In this document: piece by piece, positions 9,529 through 18,880 of the stretch
How the letters are laid out: the number at the start of each line of letters is the position of its first letter
How positions within the stretch are numbered: the first letter of the stretch is position 1
From: a bacterium
GTDB lineage: Bacteria > Auribacterota > UBA3054 > JAAYZF01
Assembly: GCA_012514975.1 (NCBI GenBank)
Contig: JAAYZF010000130.1
Location: 1-46,042 of the forward strand
Direction of reading: 5' to 3'
DNA length: 46,042 nt
The notes under the pieces: model-generated
Database searches by the model: none
Told to the model about the DNA's origin: nothing
What the model saw: only the letters and a program-made list of their open reading frames with translations
Position numbers and translations under genes: made by a program

Positions 9529-9561
9529 AAAGAAAACGGCGGCCGGGTCACCGGTCGCCGT
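9529..9561 (-). terminator. Rho-independent terminator (attenuator terminator)
   Basis: Minus strand acggcgaccgg-tgac-ccggccgccgt-tttcttt: an 11-bp stem with one mismatch followed by a U-tract. Confidence 0.75.
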
Positions 9562-9586
9562 GTTTCATTGCCTGTTCAGTGTGTGC

Positions 9587-9679
9587 TCAGGCGGAGGCCG
9601 ATGACAGAAGGATGCGCGATCCTACAATCACGAGATGCAGGATGGCGATCACGGCAATCTGTACCGGCGTTCCGTTCAT
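9587..9679 (-). CDS. Putative Ile/Val/Leu-rich attenuator leader peptide (30 aa)
   Basis: MNGTPVQIAVIAILHLVIVGSRILLSSASA*; 13 of 30 codons are Ile/Val/Leu; lies between a consensus promoter and a terminator. Confidence 0.7.
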   Translation of the reverse strand: MNGTPVQIAVIAILHLVIVGSRILLSSASA

Positions 9680-9703
9680 GGCAGACAATCCAATCAACAC
9701 AAA

Positions 9704-9732
9704 AGTATACGATTAAGGTGTGGTCTTGTCAA
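9704..9732 (-). promoter_or_regulatory. sigma70-type promoter driving the leader peptide/apgM-cimA transcript
   Basis: Minus strand TTGACA-N17-TATACT. Confidence 0.8.
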
Positions 9733-9747
9733 GGAGGCGTGCCGTTA

Positions 9748-9765
9748 ATGCTCACAATTGAGCAT
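9748..9765. promoter_or_regulatory. Palindromic operator candidate between divergent operons
   Basis: ATGCTCA-caat-TGAGCAT, a perfect 7-bp inverted repeat. Confidence 0.45.
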
Positions 9766-9831
9766 CCGATTGACTGGATGTGATTGATTATGCTACCCTC
9801 TTGGTCCGTAATAGCCTCCATGGAGCACGCA

Positions 9832-10677
9832 ATGAACATGTATGCACTTCCAAGGGCGGCACAGACCGCGCGCCGCTGTGTTTTCTTCGCACTCGTGACC
9901 GCCGCCACGCTCGGCCCGGCGCCGGCCGCGCGGGCGGAGGACGCGGCGGTAACGAACGATGCGCAGCCGGCCTCCGTGACGAACGCCGAGGCTGCCGTGG
10001 GCGCGCAGGCGGACGAGAAGGTTGTCAAGGGCGTATCGTTCATGGAGAGGCTGCAGCAGGGCGGATACACGATGTTCTTCCTGCTCTTCGCATCGGTCGT
10101 GGCCGTCACGTTCTCGATCGAGCGCGCGGTGCACTTGCGGCGCAAGGCGGTCTATCCGGACGGGCTGGCCGAGCAGGCAGACGAGCTGTGGAGCCGGCGG
10201 CGCTACGACGACATCTACGCGCTGTGCGACCGGTACCCGAGCACGCTGGCGACGATTATCAGGGCATTCGTGCGGCATCGCAACTGCCCGTCGTCGGAGC
10301 TGTCGGTGCTGGCGGGCGACATCGCGGGGCGGGACATGCGGGCGCATTTGCAGAAGGCGTATCCGATCGCGGTGGCGGCGACGGTTTCGCCGTTGCTCGG
10401 GCTGTTCGGCATGGTGATCGGGATGATCGAGGCATTCGAGATCGTCGCCATTGCCGGGTCTCTTGGCGATGCATCGCTGCTGGCAGGGAGCATATCGAAG
10501 GCGCTGGTGACGACGGCGGCGGGGCTGGTGATCGCCATTCCGGCGCTGTCGGCGTATCATTTTTTCAAGAGCAGGACGAACTCGCTTGCCATGGGGCTGG
10601 AGGGTGTGGTGAACGAGCTGTTGAGCACGTGGTTCATGGACAAGGCTGATGACACAGCGGAGCGCGCGCGGCAATGA
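9832..10677 (+). CDS. exbB: MotA/TolQ/ExbB proton channel protein with N-terminal signal peptide
   Basis: SPLLGLFGMVIGMIEAF...ISKALVTTAAGLVIAIPA; GGAG RBS before ATG 9832. Confidence 0.88.
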   Translation: MNMYALPRAAQTARRCVFFALVTAATLGPAPAARAEDAAVTNDAQPASVTNAEAAVGAQADEKVVKGVSFMERLQQGGYTMFFLLFASVVAVTFSIERAVHLRRKAVYPDGLAEQADELWSRRRYDDIYALCDRYPSTLATIIRAFVRHRNCPSSELSVLAGDIAGRDMRAHLQKAYPIAVAATVSPLLGLFGMVIGMIEAFEIVAIAGSLGDASLLAGSISKALVTTAAGLVIAIPALSAYHFFKSRTNSLAMGLEGVVNELLSTWFMDKADDTAERARQ

Positions 10678-11099
10678 AAGTGGACCTGCGGGATGACGAA
10701 GGGCTCGAGGTGCAGATGGCGCCGTTGATCGACTGCGTCTTCCTGCTGCTGATCTTCTTTCTCGTGGCCACCACGCTGAAGAAGATCAACGAGGAGCTCC
10801 CGCTCGTGCTGCCCGAGTCGAAGGCGGCGATCCAGGTGCAGGAGCCCGACCAGTTCATCGTCATCGCGATCGATGAGAACCAGAACATCTATGTCGACGG
10901 CACGCCCGTGTCGATCGGGCTGCTGCAGAACGATCTGCGGGCCAGGAGCCAGGCGACGCCGGAGATGAAAGTGCGGCTTGATGTCGATCACGCCGTGCCG
11001 TTCCAGCGCGTCATGCAACTCCTCGACATCCTCCAATTCGAAGGGCTTAAGAATGTCGGCATCAACACCCATCAGGAACGCTTCGAGCCGCTGCGGTAG
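10674..11099 (+). CDS. exbD: ExbD/TolR biopolymer transport protein
   Basis: MAPLIDCVFLLLIFFLVATT with the conserved TM Asp; ATGA overlap with exbB. Confidence 0.9.
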   Translation: MKVDLRDDEGLEVQMAPLIDCVFLLLIFFLVATTLKKINEELPLVLPESKAAIQVQEPDQFIVIAIDENQNIYVDGTPVSIGLLQNDLRARSQATPEMKVRLDVDHAVPFQRVMQLLDILQFEGLKNVGINTHQERFEPLR

Positions 11100-12375
11100 C
11101 AGGCTGACGCGCGCGAAGCAGGGCCCGTTCTGGGGAATCTCGATCGCGGTGCACTGCATCGTGCTGGGCGCATTGGTCATCGCGTTCCCCGTGCGCGAAA
11201 TCGTGTTCAGGCGCGATGCGCCCCGCGAGCCCGAGATCATCACCCGCGGCGACGCGCTCCAGGAGATCATCGATGCCATCCGCGACCGCACGGCCGAGCG
11301 GCTGCGCGGGCGCGTCGCCCTGCTCGAACAGGGGCAGGACCGCATGGCACAGAATTTCCAGATCATCAACACCCACTTTCTCCCGTTCGCCGACCAGCAG
11401 CGCGCCACGGCACGCGCGCGGCTCGACGAGTGCATCCGGCAGGCGCTCGACAGGCAGAAGGCGCTCGCCGATGCGCTGCGCGCCGCGCAGGCCTCGCACA
11501 ACCCCCTTCCCGCGGTGGAAGCCGCGCGCGCCGACATGCCAAGGATTCTTACGGCGCAGGACGAAATCCGCCGCGGCATCATTCTTCTCGACCTGCAGAA
11601 GGATGCCCTTGCCACGCAGCAGAATGCCGCGCAGGAAGCGCAGATCAGCGCAAACCAGTTCATCCGCTGGCTCGACGATGCCGTGCTCACCATCCAGCAA
11701 CGCGCCGAGCCGCTGCGATCTCTCAGGAAGGAACTCGAAGACCTCGAACTCTCGCTTCCCGGGCTCGAGGACGCCGAACGCTCCGCGTTCGCCGCGGCCA
11801 CGAACGCGGAAGCGCGTGTGCGCCTCTGCGACCAGCAGCGCAGGGACACCGAGCGCCTCATCCGCGCCGCACAGGACGACGCGCGCAGACTCAAGGCGCA
11901 GCAGGACAAGCTCGAGCGATCACTCAGGGAGGCGAACCAGCAGGCGAAACAGCGGAAGAAAGGCGCGGCGCCCGACACCGCGAAGATCGAGGCGCTCACG
12001 CGAGGCATCGACGACGCCGTCGCCGGACAGAAACAGGCCAAAGCCCGCCTTGACAGCCTCAAGCAGCAGGAGAGCGGTCTGAAAACGCAGCGCGGCACGC
12101 TGGAGAACACCGCCGCGGAACTGAAGAGAACCGCAGCCAAAGCCCGCGACGAAAGCAGAAATGCGCTCCGCACCGCCGAGGACATGCGCAAGAGGGCCGA
12201 GCGCGACGAAGCCGACCTGGCACGTACGGTAACGAACCGCGCCAGCCTCCTCGTCACGTCGTGCAACATCCAGTCCGGCGCATACGCAGCACAGCAACGC
12301 GTCGTCGAGCGCATACGCGAGCTGCTTGCCGGGGGCACGAACGCCGGCACACAAGCCGGCACCGCACGCCAATGA
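11053..12375 (+). CDS. Hypothetical single-TM, long coiled-coil protein (occupies the TonB/TolA position)
   Basis: N-terminal TM 'GISIAVHCIVLGALVIAF' with an SxxxH pattern, then about 380 aa of Ala/Gln/Arg/Glu helical sequence. Start uncertain. Confidence 0.65.
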   Translation: MSASTPIRNASSRCGSRLTRAKQGPFWGISIAVHCIVLGALVIAFPVREIVFRRDAPREPEIITRGDALQEIIDAIRDRTAERLRGRVALLEQGQDRMAQNFQIINTHFLPFADQQRATARARLDECIRQALDRQKALADALRAAQASHNPLPAVEAARADMPRILTAQDEIRRGIILLDLQKDALATQQNAAQEAQISANQFIRWLDDAVLTIQQRAEPLRSLRKELEDLELSLPGLEDAERSAFAAATNAEARVRLCDQQRRDTERLIRAAQDDARRLKAQQDKLERSLREANQQAKQRKKGAAPDTAKIEALTRGIDDAVAGQKQAKARLDSLKQQESGLKTQRGTLENTAAELKRTAAKARDESRNALRTAEDMRKRAERDEADLARTVTNRASLLVTSCNIQSGAYAAQQRVVERIRELLAGGTNAGTQAGTARQ

Positions 12376-13628
12376 AGCCACTCCGCCACATCCTGCTGCT
12401 TTCCGCGGCGCTGCTCGCGCCCGGCGCGCCCGCTGTGCTCGCGGCTGCCGAAGCGGCGGACGCCAGCGCCGCCGCGCCCGCGAACGATCAGCATCTGGGC
12501 AGCGACATCGTCGGCATCTACGATACCGCCGTGGCGAATCTCGAACAGATATGCGACGATTACCGCCGCATCAAGGCCATCCAGCAGGCGAAGCAGCTCG
12601 ATATCCCGTATGATGAAGCATACAGGAACATCTCGTCCGTGATGCCGGTGCTCGATCCGGTCGACGCGCCGCTCCTGCGCCGCGCCATTCGCCACCCGGA
12701 CGACATTGCGACGCACAAGCATGCGGTCGAGAAAGTCGAGACCCAGATCGAGATGATGATCGATCTTGCCGCGAAGCTGCTCGAGGAGATCGAGGTGATC
12801 CAGGTCAGGCTGCTTGACGGCGGCGAGATGGCGAAGAGGCCGGAGGCCACGCTCGAGGAGATCGTGCAGAAGCCCGAGTACGACCCCGATGAAGTCATCG
12901 AGATCGCGCAGGTGCGGGAGGGCAGCCCGGCCTTCGCCCAGCTCGAGGAGCTCGCCAAAGACGACGAGAAACAGCAGTTCAAAGACCTGACGCCCCTGAT
13001 GCACGAGCTGATGCCGGACATCAAGGACCTGACGAAGGAGACGCAGGAGGGCGAGGAACGGCCGCGCGACCTGTTCCGCAGCTCGGACAATCCGGCCGCA
13101 CTCATGCGCATCACGGACCCGGAGGCGCCGCACACGTTCGGCCGCAAGATCGGCGACGGCGGCGCGCCGGTCGAGTGGCTCTTCGTCAACTCGTGGTACA
13201 CCATCGGCCCGTTCCCGAATCCCATGCGCATCAACATCCATACCAAGTTCCCGCCCGAGACGGTGGTTGATCTTGCCGCAACCTACGTCGGCAAGGACGG
13301 CCGGCTCCTGAGATGGGAATGGGAACAGAGCGGCGTGCCAATGGTGCAGCCATCCGCGCCCGACCAGTACGGCGTCTACTACGCCTACACGGAAATCTCG
13401 TGCGACCGGCCGATGGATCTGTGGGTGGCGGTCGGCAGCGACGACAAGGCGAATGTCTGGCTCAACGGCATGCCCATCTGGGTGAGCAGCGACCGGTTGA
13501 AGGGCTGGCGCGTGAACGAGGGATTCCGCAAGGTGACCTTCCGCCGCGGCATCAACAAGGTGCTGTATCGCGTGGAGAACGGCTGGCTGAACATCGGGTT
13601 CTCGATGGCCATCCGCGTCGCGCCGTGA
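12372..13628 (+). CDS. Secreted protein with C-terminal PA14-like/galactose-binding-like beta-sandwich domain
   Basis: Signal peptide MKPLRHILLLSAALLAPGA; WYTIGPF...YYAYT...VGSDDKANVWLNG...GINKVLYRV; ATGA overlap with the previous gene. Confidence 0.65.
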   Translation: MKPLRHILLLSAALLAPGAPAVLAAAEAADASAAAPANDQHLGSDIVGIYDTAVANLEQICDDYRRIKAIQQAKQLDIPYDEAYRNISSVMPVLDPVDAPLLRRAIRHPDDIATHKHAVEKVETQIEMMIDLAAKLLEEIEVIQVRLLDGGEMAKRPEATLEEIVQKPEYDPDEVIEIAQVREGSPAFAQLEELAKDDEKQQFKDLTPLMHELMPDIKDLTKETQEGEERPRDLFRSSDNPAALMRITDPEAPHTFGRKIGDGGAPVEWLFVNSWYTIGPFPNPMRINIHTKFPPETVVDLAATYVGKDGRLLRWEWEQSGVPMVQPSAPDQYGVYYAYTEISCDRPMDLWVAVGSDDKANVWLNGMPIWVSSDRLKGWRVNEGFRKVTFRRGINKVLYRVENGWLNIGFSMAIRVAP

Positions 13629-13693
13629 CGGAGAGCGGGAGATTCGTTCGCAGCCGCAGGGGCGTGTCCCTGCAACACTGGACAACACACATC

Positions 13694-16033
13694 ATGACCG
13701 GATCACTTCCCCGCGCGCAATGGCTTCGCTGGGCCGGACAAGGGCCGCAGCCGGCCGTTGCCGCGTATGCCGTGCGGTTCGCGGTCGCGGAGGCGCTTTC
13801 CGCGCGACTGCACGTCGCCGCTGATGAATGGTGCGAATTGTACCTTGACGGCACGCCGCTCGGAAGGATGCCTGACCGCGGCGACGCGGTCCGCTGGTTC
13901 TATACCACCGTCGATCTTACCCTGTCGGAAGGAACTCACGTCCTCGCGGCACGCGTGTGGGCGCTGGGCGCTCACGCGCCCGCGCCGGTGATGAGCATCC
14001 GGCCGGGCCTGTGGGTGGCCACGGACGCGGACTCTCCGCTCGGTCCGCAGGTGCGGACGGGCGAAGCCGTGTGGCGCTGCAAGGCGCTCGATGGGTTCGC
14101 ATTCGGCGACAAGCCGTCATGGTCGATGGGCGCAGTAAGCCCTATGACGTTCGACGGCGCAGTGTATGATTGGAGCTGGGCCAGCGGGCCGGCCGACGGC
14201 TGGAACCTGGCGCGGGCGGAAGATGACGCGCGCCTTCTCCAGCCGACGTCGCTGCCGCCGATGTATCGCGCCGACCGTGCCGCGGGCACGGCGATCCACG
14301 CGGACGATGCCGGGCTTGACGATGCACGCTCTTCGCCGCTCGGCAAGGCGGCAACCCGCTGCGACGGGCAGCGCGAATGGCAGCGCCTTTCAGACGGCCA
14401 CGCGCTTCATGTCCCGGCGAACGCGCGACGGCGCGCGGTGTTCGACCTGGGCGAGTATGTCTGCGCGTTTTCCCGCATGGTCGCGCGCGGCGGTGATGGG
14501 GCCGTCGTCCGCATGGCGTGGGCGGAGGCGTTGCGCACCAAGCCGTTCTCCGGCCAGACGCACGAAGGCGACTGGGGCAACAAGACCCACCGCGACCGCG
14601 TGGACGGCATGTACTTCCACGGCATCGGCGACACATGGCGCATGGCCGGCGGCGGCACGCCCCGCGCGTTCGAGTCGTACTGGTGGCGCCCGGGCAGGTT
14701 CATCGAGGTCGTGGTCGAAACCGCCGCAGCCCCCCTGGTCATCGAGCGGCTGTCGCTCCGCGAAACACGCTATCCGCTCGAGCTCGACGGCATGGTGACA
14801 TGTGATGACGAGGAGATCAACGAATCGTTGCGCCTTGGTGTGCGCGCGCTGCAGATGTGCGCCCACGACACGTACATGGACTGCCCGTACTACGAGCAGC
14901 AGCAGTGGGTCGGTGACATGCGGCCGCAGATCCTGTGCGGCTACGTGATGACACTCGATGACCGGCTGCCGCGGCAGGCAATGCGTCTCGCATGCGACTC
15001 CGCGGACGAAGGGGGGCTGACCAGGGCATGCTATCCGAACCGGGGACGTTGCGTCATTCCTTCATTCTGCCTGTGGCTCGTGACGACGCTGCACGATTAC
15101 GCGCGCTGGCGGGGCGATCGCGCGTATGTGGCGGAGCAGATGCCCGCGATGCGCGCACTCATGCAGCGCCTTTGCAGAGACCGCGCGGATGATGGGCTGA
15201 TGCGCTGGCCGGGGAATGAATGGAACTACTACGACTGGGTTGACGGATGGGAACGCGGCATACCGCCCCACCGCGCCGACGGCGTCAATGGATTGTACAA
15301 CTGGCAGATCGTCTACACACTCGACCGCCTGGCCGAGTTGGAGGCGTGGCTCGGCGCCACGGGCGAAGCCGATGCCGCACGAGCCCTTGCGGACGATCTG
15401 TCCAAACGGTGTCTCGGATTGTTCTGGGACGATGCGCGCGGCGCCATGGCCGACGATCCCGCGCGCACGCGGTTCTCCCAGCATACGCAGAGCATTGCCG
15501 TGTTGACGGGCCGCCTGCCAGGCGCCATGACGCAGCGCATCGGCGACACGCTTGCCGAGGACAGCGGCTTGACGCGCTGCAACCTGTTCTTCACGCATTA
15601 CCTGTTCGAAGCCTTTGCACAGCTCGGAAGAATCGATCTCCTGCACGCATACCTCATGCCGTGGCGCGGCATGGTGCGCGGCGGTGTGCGCACGACGTTC
15701 GAGTGCTGGCCGCAGGACAGGGAGAAAGGCCTTCGTGCGCTCCCGCCGATCGACGCAGCCTTCACTCGGTCGGACTGCCATGCGTGGTCCGCGCACCCGC
15801 TCTATCACCTCGTGGCAAGCGTCGCGGGCATTCAACCGGCCGGCTTCGGCTTCGAGCGCGTGCGGATAATGCCCCGGCTCGGTCCGTTCCGCCGCATCCG
15901 TGTTGAAGTGCCCCATCCCAAGGGGACGATGGCCGCGGAGTTCGAGCAGGATGGCCGCGGGAATCTTTCCGGCAATGTGAGACTGCCGGAAGGCCTCGAG
16001 GCTGAGTACCCCGCCGGCACGCCCTGGAGATGA
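13694..16033 (+). CDS. Alpha-L-rhamnosidase-like glycoside hydrolase (GH78-type)
   Basis: YMDCPYYEQQQWVGD, YYDW, FSQHTQ, TTFE...SDCHAWSAHP and VPHPKG motifs. Confidence 0.85.
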   Translation: MTGSLPRAQWLRWAGQGPQPAVAAYAVRFAVAEALSARLHVAADEWCELYLDGTPLGRMPDRGDAVRWFYTTVDLTLSEGTHVLAARVWALGAHAPAPVMSIRPGLWVATDADSPLGPQVRTGEAVWRCKALDGFAFGDKPSWSMGAVSPMTFDGAVYDWSWASGPADGWNLARAEDDARLLQPTSLPPMYRADRAAGTAIHADDAGLDDARSSPLGKAATRCDGQREWQRLSDGHALHVPANARRRAVFDLGEYVCAFSRMVARGGDGAVVRMAWAEALRTKPFSGQTHEGDWGNKTHRDRVDGMYFHGIGDTWRMAGGGTPRAFESYWWRPGRFIEVVVETAAAPLVIERLSLRETRYPLELDGMVTCDDEEINESLRLGVRALQMCAHDTYMDCPYYEQQQWVGDMRPQILCGYVMTLDDRLPRQAMRLACDSADEGGLTRACYPNRGRCVIPSFCLWLVTTLHDYARWRGDRAYVAEQMPAMRALMQRLCRDRADDGLMRWPGNEWNYYDWVDGWERGIPPHRADGVNGLYNWQIVYTLDRLAELEAWLGATGEADAARALADDLSKRCLGLFWDDARGAMADDPARTRFSQHTQSIAVLTGRLPGAMTQRIGDTLAEDSGLTRCNLFFTHYLFEAFAQLGRIDLLHAYLMPWRGMVRGGVRTTFECWPQDREKGLRALPPIDAAFTRSDCHAWSAHPLYHLVASVAGIQPAGFGFERVRIMPRLGPFRRIRVEVPHPKGTMAAEFEQDGRGNLSGNVRLPEGLEAEYPAGTPWR

Positions 16034-16045
16034 ACGGAGAACGCA

Positions 16046-17299
16046 ATGAGCGACCAGCAGAAACACGGTAACGGCGCCAAACCGCCCAGCGGCCATGGGA
16101 TACGCACGCTGCTGCTCGTTCCCGAACTGCTTGCGGACGCACGTTCACGCGCACAGCGGCATGCGCTCGCACCGCCCGAGGCGGACGGGCTGCGTGCGCT
16201 GGTTGCGGAAGCGGATGCGTCCCTGCCCGTGCAGCCGCCGTCCGTCATGGACAAGAAGCACACGCCGCCGACAGGCGACAAGCACGATTACTTCTCTCTC
16301 GGCATCTACCTCTGGCCCAATCCCGGCACGCCCGACAAGCTGCCGTACGTCTCGCGCGATGGGGAGATCAACCCCGAGGTGGCAGACTATGACCGGCCGG
16401 GCATGCTGCGGATGCACCGTGCGGTTGAGGCGCTGGCGCTTGCGTGGGCGTTCACGGGTGACGAGCGCTATGCGGCGAAGGCGGCTGCGTTCCTCCGCGT
16501 ATGGTTCACGGACCCGGCCACGCGGATGAACCCGAACATGCTGTTCGCGCAGTACATTCCGGGCAGCGGCGGGTTCCGCACGGCATTCCCGCCGCGCTGG
16601 GTGGAGGGCAGGGACGGCAAGGGCGTCTACGTGTCGTTCGGCGGCGTCATCGAAGGCAGCTCGCTTCCCCTGCTGTTCGATGTCGTTGAGATGCTGAAGT
16701 CATCAACGGCGTGGACGGCACATGATGATGAGCTGCTGCGCGGATGGGCGCGTGAATTCATGCAGTGGCTGCTGACACACCAGCACGGCAAGGACGAGGC
16801 GGGCTGCCCGAACAACCACGCGGTCTGGTACTGTGTCCAGATCGCCAGTTACGCTCTTCTGTGCGGCGATCTCGAGGTGGCGCGCGACATCCTGGAGAAC
16901 CGCGTGCCCTCGCTTATGAGCCGGCAGATCGAGCCCGACGGTTCCATGCCGCACGAGGTCAGCCGCGCCGTCGGCCTTCACTACGTCCTGTTCACGCTCA
17001 ACGCCTTTGCCAATCTTGCCCTGATGGGCGAACGCATCGGCGTCGATCTCTGGCGGTGCCGGACAGCGGATGGCCGGTCGCTCAAGGCGGCCATTGACTG
17101 GGCCGTGCCCTACCTCGCCGGAGAGCCCTGGCCGTACCGTCCGTTCGTCAAGCCCTTCGATTTCGCAACGGGCATTCCACTTCTTGCCGCGGCGGCGCAC
17201 CGGTTGCGCGAACAACGCTATGCCGATGCGCGGGCAAGAGTGCCGCGCGCGGAAGGCACGGGCGTAATGGCACTGCTGTACCCTTCCATGGTCCTCTGA
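16046..17299 (+). CDS. Alginate lyase family protein
   Basis: GDKHDYFSLGIYLWPNP...PYVSRDGEINP, WFTDPATRMNPNM, NNHAVWY and QIEPDGSMPHE...HY motifs. Confidence 0.85.
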   Translation: MSDQQKHGNGAKPPSGHGIRTLLLVPELLADARSRAQRHALAPPEADGLRALVAEADASLPVQPPSVMDKKHTPPTGDKHDYFSLGIYLWPNPGTPDKLPYVSRDGEINPEVADYDRPGMLRMHRAVEALALAWAFTGDERYAAKAAAFLRVWFTDPATRMNPNMLFAQYIPGSGGFRTAFPPRWVEGRDGKGVYVSFGGVIEGSSLPLLFDVVEMLKSSTAWTAHDDELLRGWAREFMQWLLTHQHGKDEAGCPNNHAVWYCVQIASYALLCGDLEVARDILENRVPSLMSRQIEPDGSMPHEVSRAVGLHYVLFTLNAFANLALMGERIGVDLWRCRTADGRSLKAAIDWAVPYLAGEPWPYRPFVKPFDFATGIPLLAAAAHRLREQRYADARARVPRAEGTGVMALLYPSMVL

Positions 17300-17442
17300 A
17301 GAAGTGACGCTGCAGACGGGCGACTGGCGCCATGCCGCGCCTCGGCGAGTGGTGTGTGCCAGGGGGGAAAAGCCCGGCCTGGATGGCTGGGTTGGAATGT
17401 GCCCGCCATGCATGCCTGACAGGCAGCAGATGCACAGGCTGG

Positions 17443-18630
17443 TCACGCCTCGGGCGTGTTCTTCAACTGCTCGATCAGCGCCCGCGCGTCATCGGCGTCG
17501 TGTGCAGCCACAAGAAGCTCGCCAAAACCCTCCCGGGCAACATAGACGCCGTCGTACGCCTTGTCGTAGAACGAACGGATGGCGCAGGAAATCCCCGCGG
17601 ACTCAAGGTACGTCTGCCATTCGATTGCCTGCTGTTCGGACGCGGCGAGCGCAACGCTGACAAGATTCCCGTCATCCGCGGCACCGGAGCCCGGCTGCGC
17701 GCGGGCGGTCTCCTCGACGGCAGGCGCTGCCGGCTCAGCGGCGCAGTTGTCTTGAGCGGACGGTTCTGCGGAGGCCGGGGCGCCAGCGGCAGAGGCGCTC
17801 GCGGCGCTCGTTGCCGGCTCCACGGGAGGTGGCGGCGCGGAAGATGATGACGAGGCAGGTGTGGGCGGTCCGGCGTGTTCCTCCTTGTCCTGCTGCGTGA
17901 TGCCGGCGGCGAACCAAAGGCTTGCCTCGAAAAGGAGGTAGAGCGGGACGCCCATGAGGAACATGGTGAAGATGTCGGGCGGGGAGAACACGGCCGCGAT
18001 GATCGCGATGATGACTATCATGACCCGGCGGTTGCGTGCCAGGGTGTCGCGCGGCACGATGCCGGTTTTCATGAGGAAGATGAGAACGAGAGGCGTCTGG
18101 AACACGAGGCCCGACGCGATGAGCCAGAACGAGGCGAACCCGATGTAGTTCTTCAGCGTGATCTGGTCGACGAGGAAGTCGCTTCTGAACTGCATGAAGA
18201 ACCGGAGCGACAGCGGGATCATGACGAAATAGGCGAAGAGCAGCCCGGCGACGAACAGGCCCACTGACGCGCCCCAGAGGCGGTTGACCCAGTGCTTTTC
18301 GTGGTCATAGAGGGCAGGCGAGACGAATCTCCAGATCTGGTGCGCCACGTAGGGCAGCACGACGATGAAGCCCGCGACGAGCGAGAGTTTGAGCTGGATG
18401 AGAAACGGCTCGGTGGGGCTGAGAAACGTCAGGTGCTCGACCGATGCGCGCACAGGATGGACGAGCAGGCGGAGCCAGAGCTCCTGGAAGGGTAGGGCCG
18501 CGACCGCGCCGAGCGCGATGGCAACAATCGAATGGAGCAGGCACGTCCGGAGATCGTCGAGATGCTCGACGATCGTCTTGGGCGGATCGTTCAGCCGGCG
18601 CGGCTCATCACTTGGTGTCGGATTTGCCAT
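17443..18630 (-). CDS. tatC: Twin-arginine translocase subunit TatC with a C-terminal linker and extra soluble domain
   Basis: VEHLDDLR, LSPTEPF, QIWRFVSPALY, FQTP and SPPDIF motifs, then a Pro/Ala/Ser linker and an ~70-aa domain (YLESAGISCAIRS). Start uncertain (18630 or 18645). Confidence 0.92.
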   Translation of the reverse strand: MANPTPSDEPRRLNDPPKTIVEHLDDLRTCLLHSIVAIALGAVAALPFQELWLRLLVHPVRASVEHLTFLSPTEPFLIQLKLSLVAGFIVVLPYVAHQIWRFVSPALYDHEKHWVNRLWGASVGLFVAGLLFAYFVMIPLSLRFFMQFRSDFLVDQITLKNYIGFASFWLIASGLVFQTPLVLIFLMKTGIVPRDTLARNRRVMIVIIAIIAAVFSPPDIFTMFLMGVPLYLLFEASLWFAAGITQQDKEEHAGPPTPASSSSSAPPPPVEPATSAASASAAGAPASAEPSAQDNCAAEPAAPAVEETARAQPGSGAADDGNLVSVALAASEQQAIEWQTYLESAGISCAIRSFYDKAYDGVYVAREGFGELLVAAHDADDARALIEQLKNTPEA

Positions 18631-18808
18631 CGGGCTTCTGCTCATGATCATCCGACGTCACGTCCGACTCGATCTCCTTCAGGGATTTCTTGAATTCCCT
18701 GATGGACTTGCCGACTGACCTGGCGAGGTCGGGCAGACGTTTCGAGCCGAACAGCAGCAGGATGATGATGAATATCGCGCCGATTTCCCACCAACTGAGA
18801 CTTCCCAT
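18608..18808 (-). CDS. tatA: Twin-arginine translocase TatA/E subunit
   Basis: MGSLSWWEIGAIFIIILLLFGSKRLPDLARSVGKSIREFKK. Confidence 0.93.
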   Translation of the reverse strand: MGSLSWWEIGAIFIIILLLFGSKRLPDLARSVGKSIREFKKSLKEIESDVTSDDHEQKPDGKSDTK

Positions 18809-18880
18809 GACGCACCTCGTAGTGGCAAGGCTGTTTGCGTGGTATGGGCGGGTACGGCGTTCCGTCCCGCCGGAAAAGAT

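Noticed and set aside
10557-13688. Long antisense ORFs (1043 aa here; also 22507-25182, 25122-27203, 349-1566, 1978-3459)
   Set aside because: Shadow ORFs opposite well-supported genes, expected in high-GC DNA; no recognisable motifs.
17380-17392. 13-mer TGGATGGCTGGGT shared with 34317-34329
   Set aside because: Matches of this length are expected by chance in 46 kb, and the similarity does not extend.
18846-18871. Terminator after tRNA-Leu
   Set aside because: A hairpin is present but has no U-tract; more likely a processing or stability stem in a tRNA-tatAC transcript, so not called.
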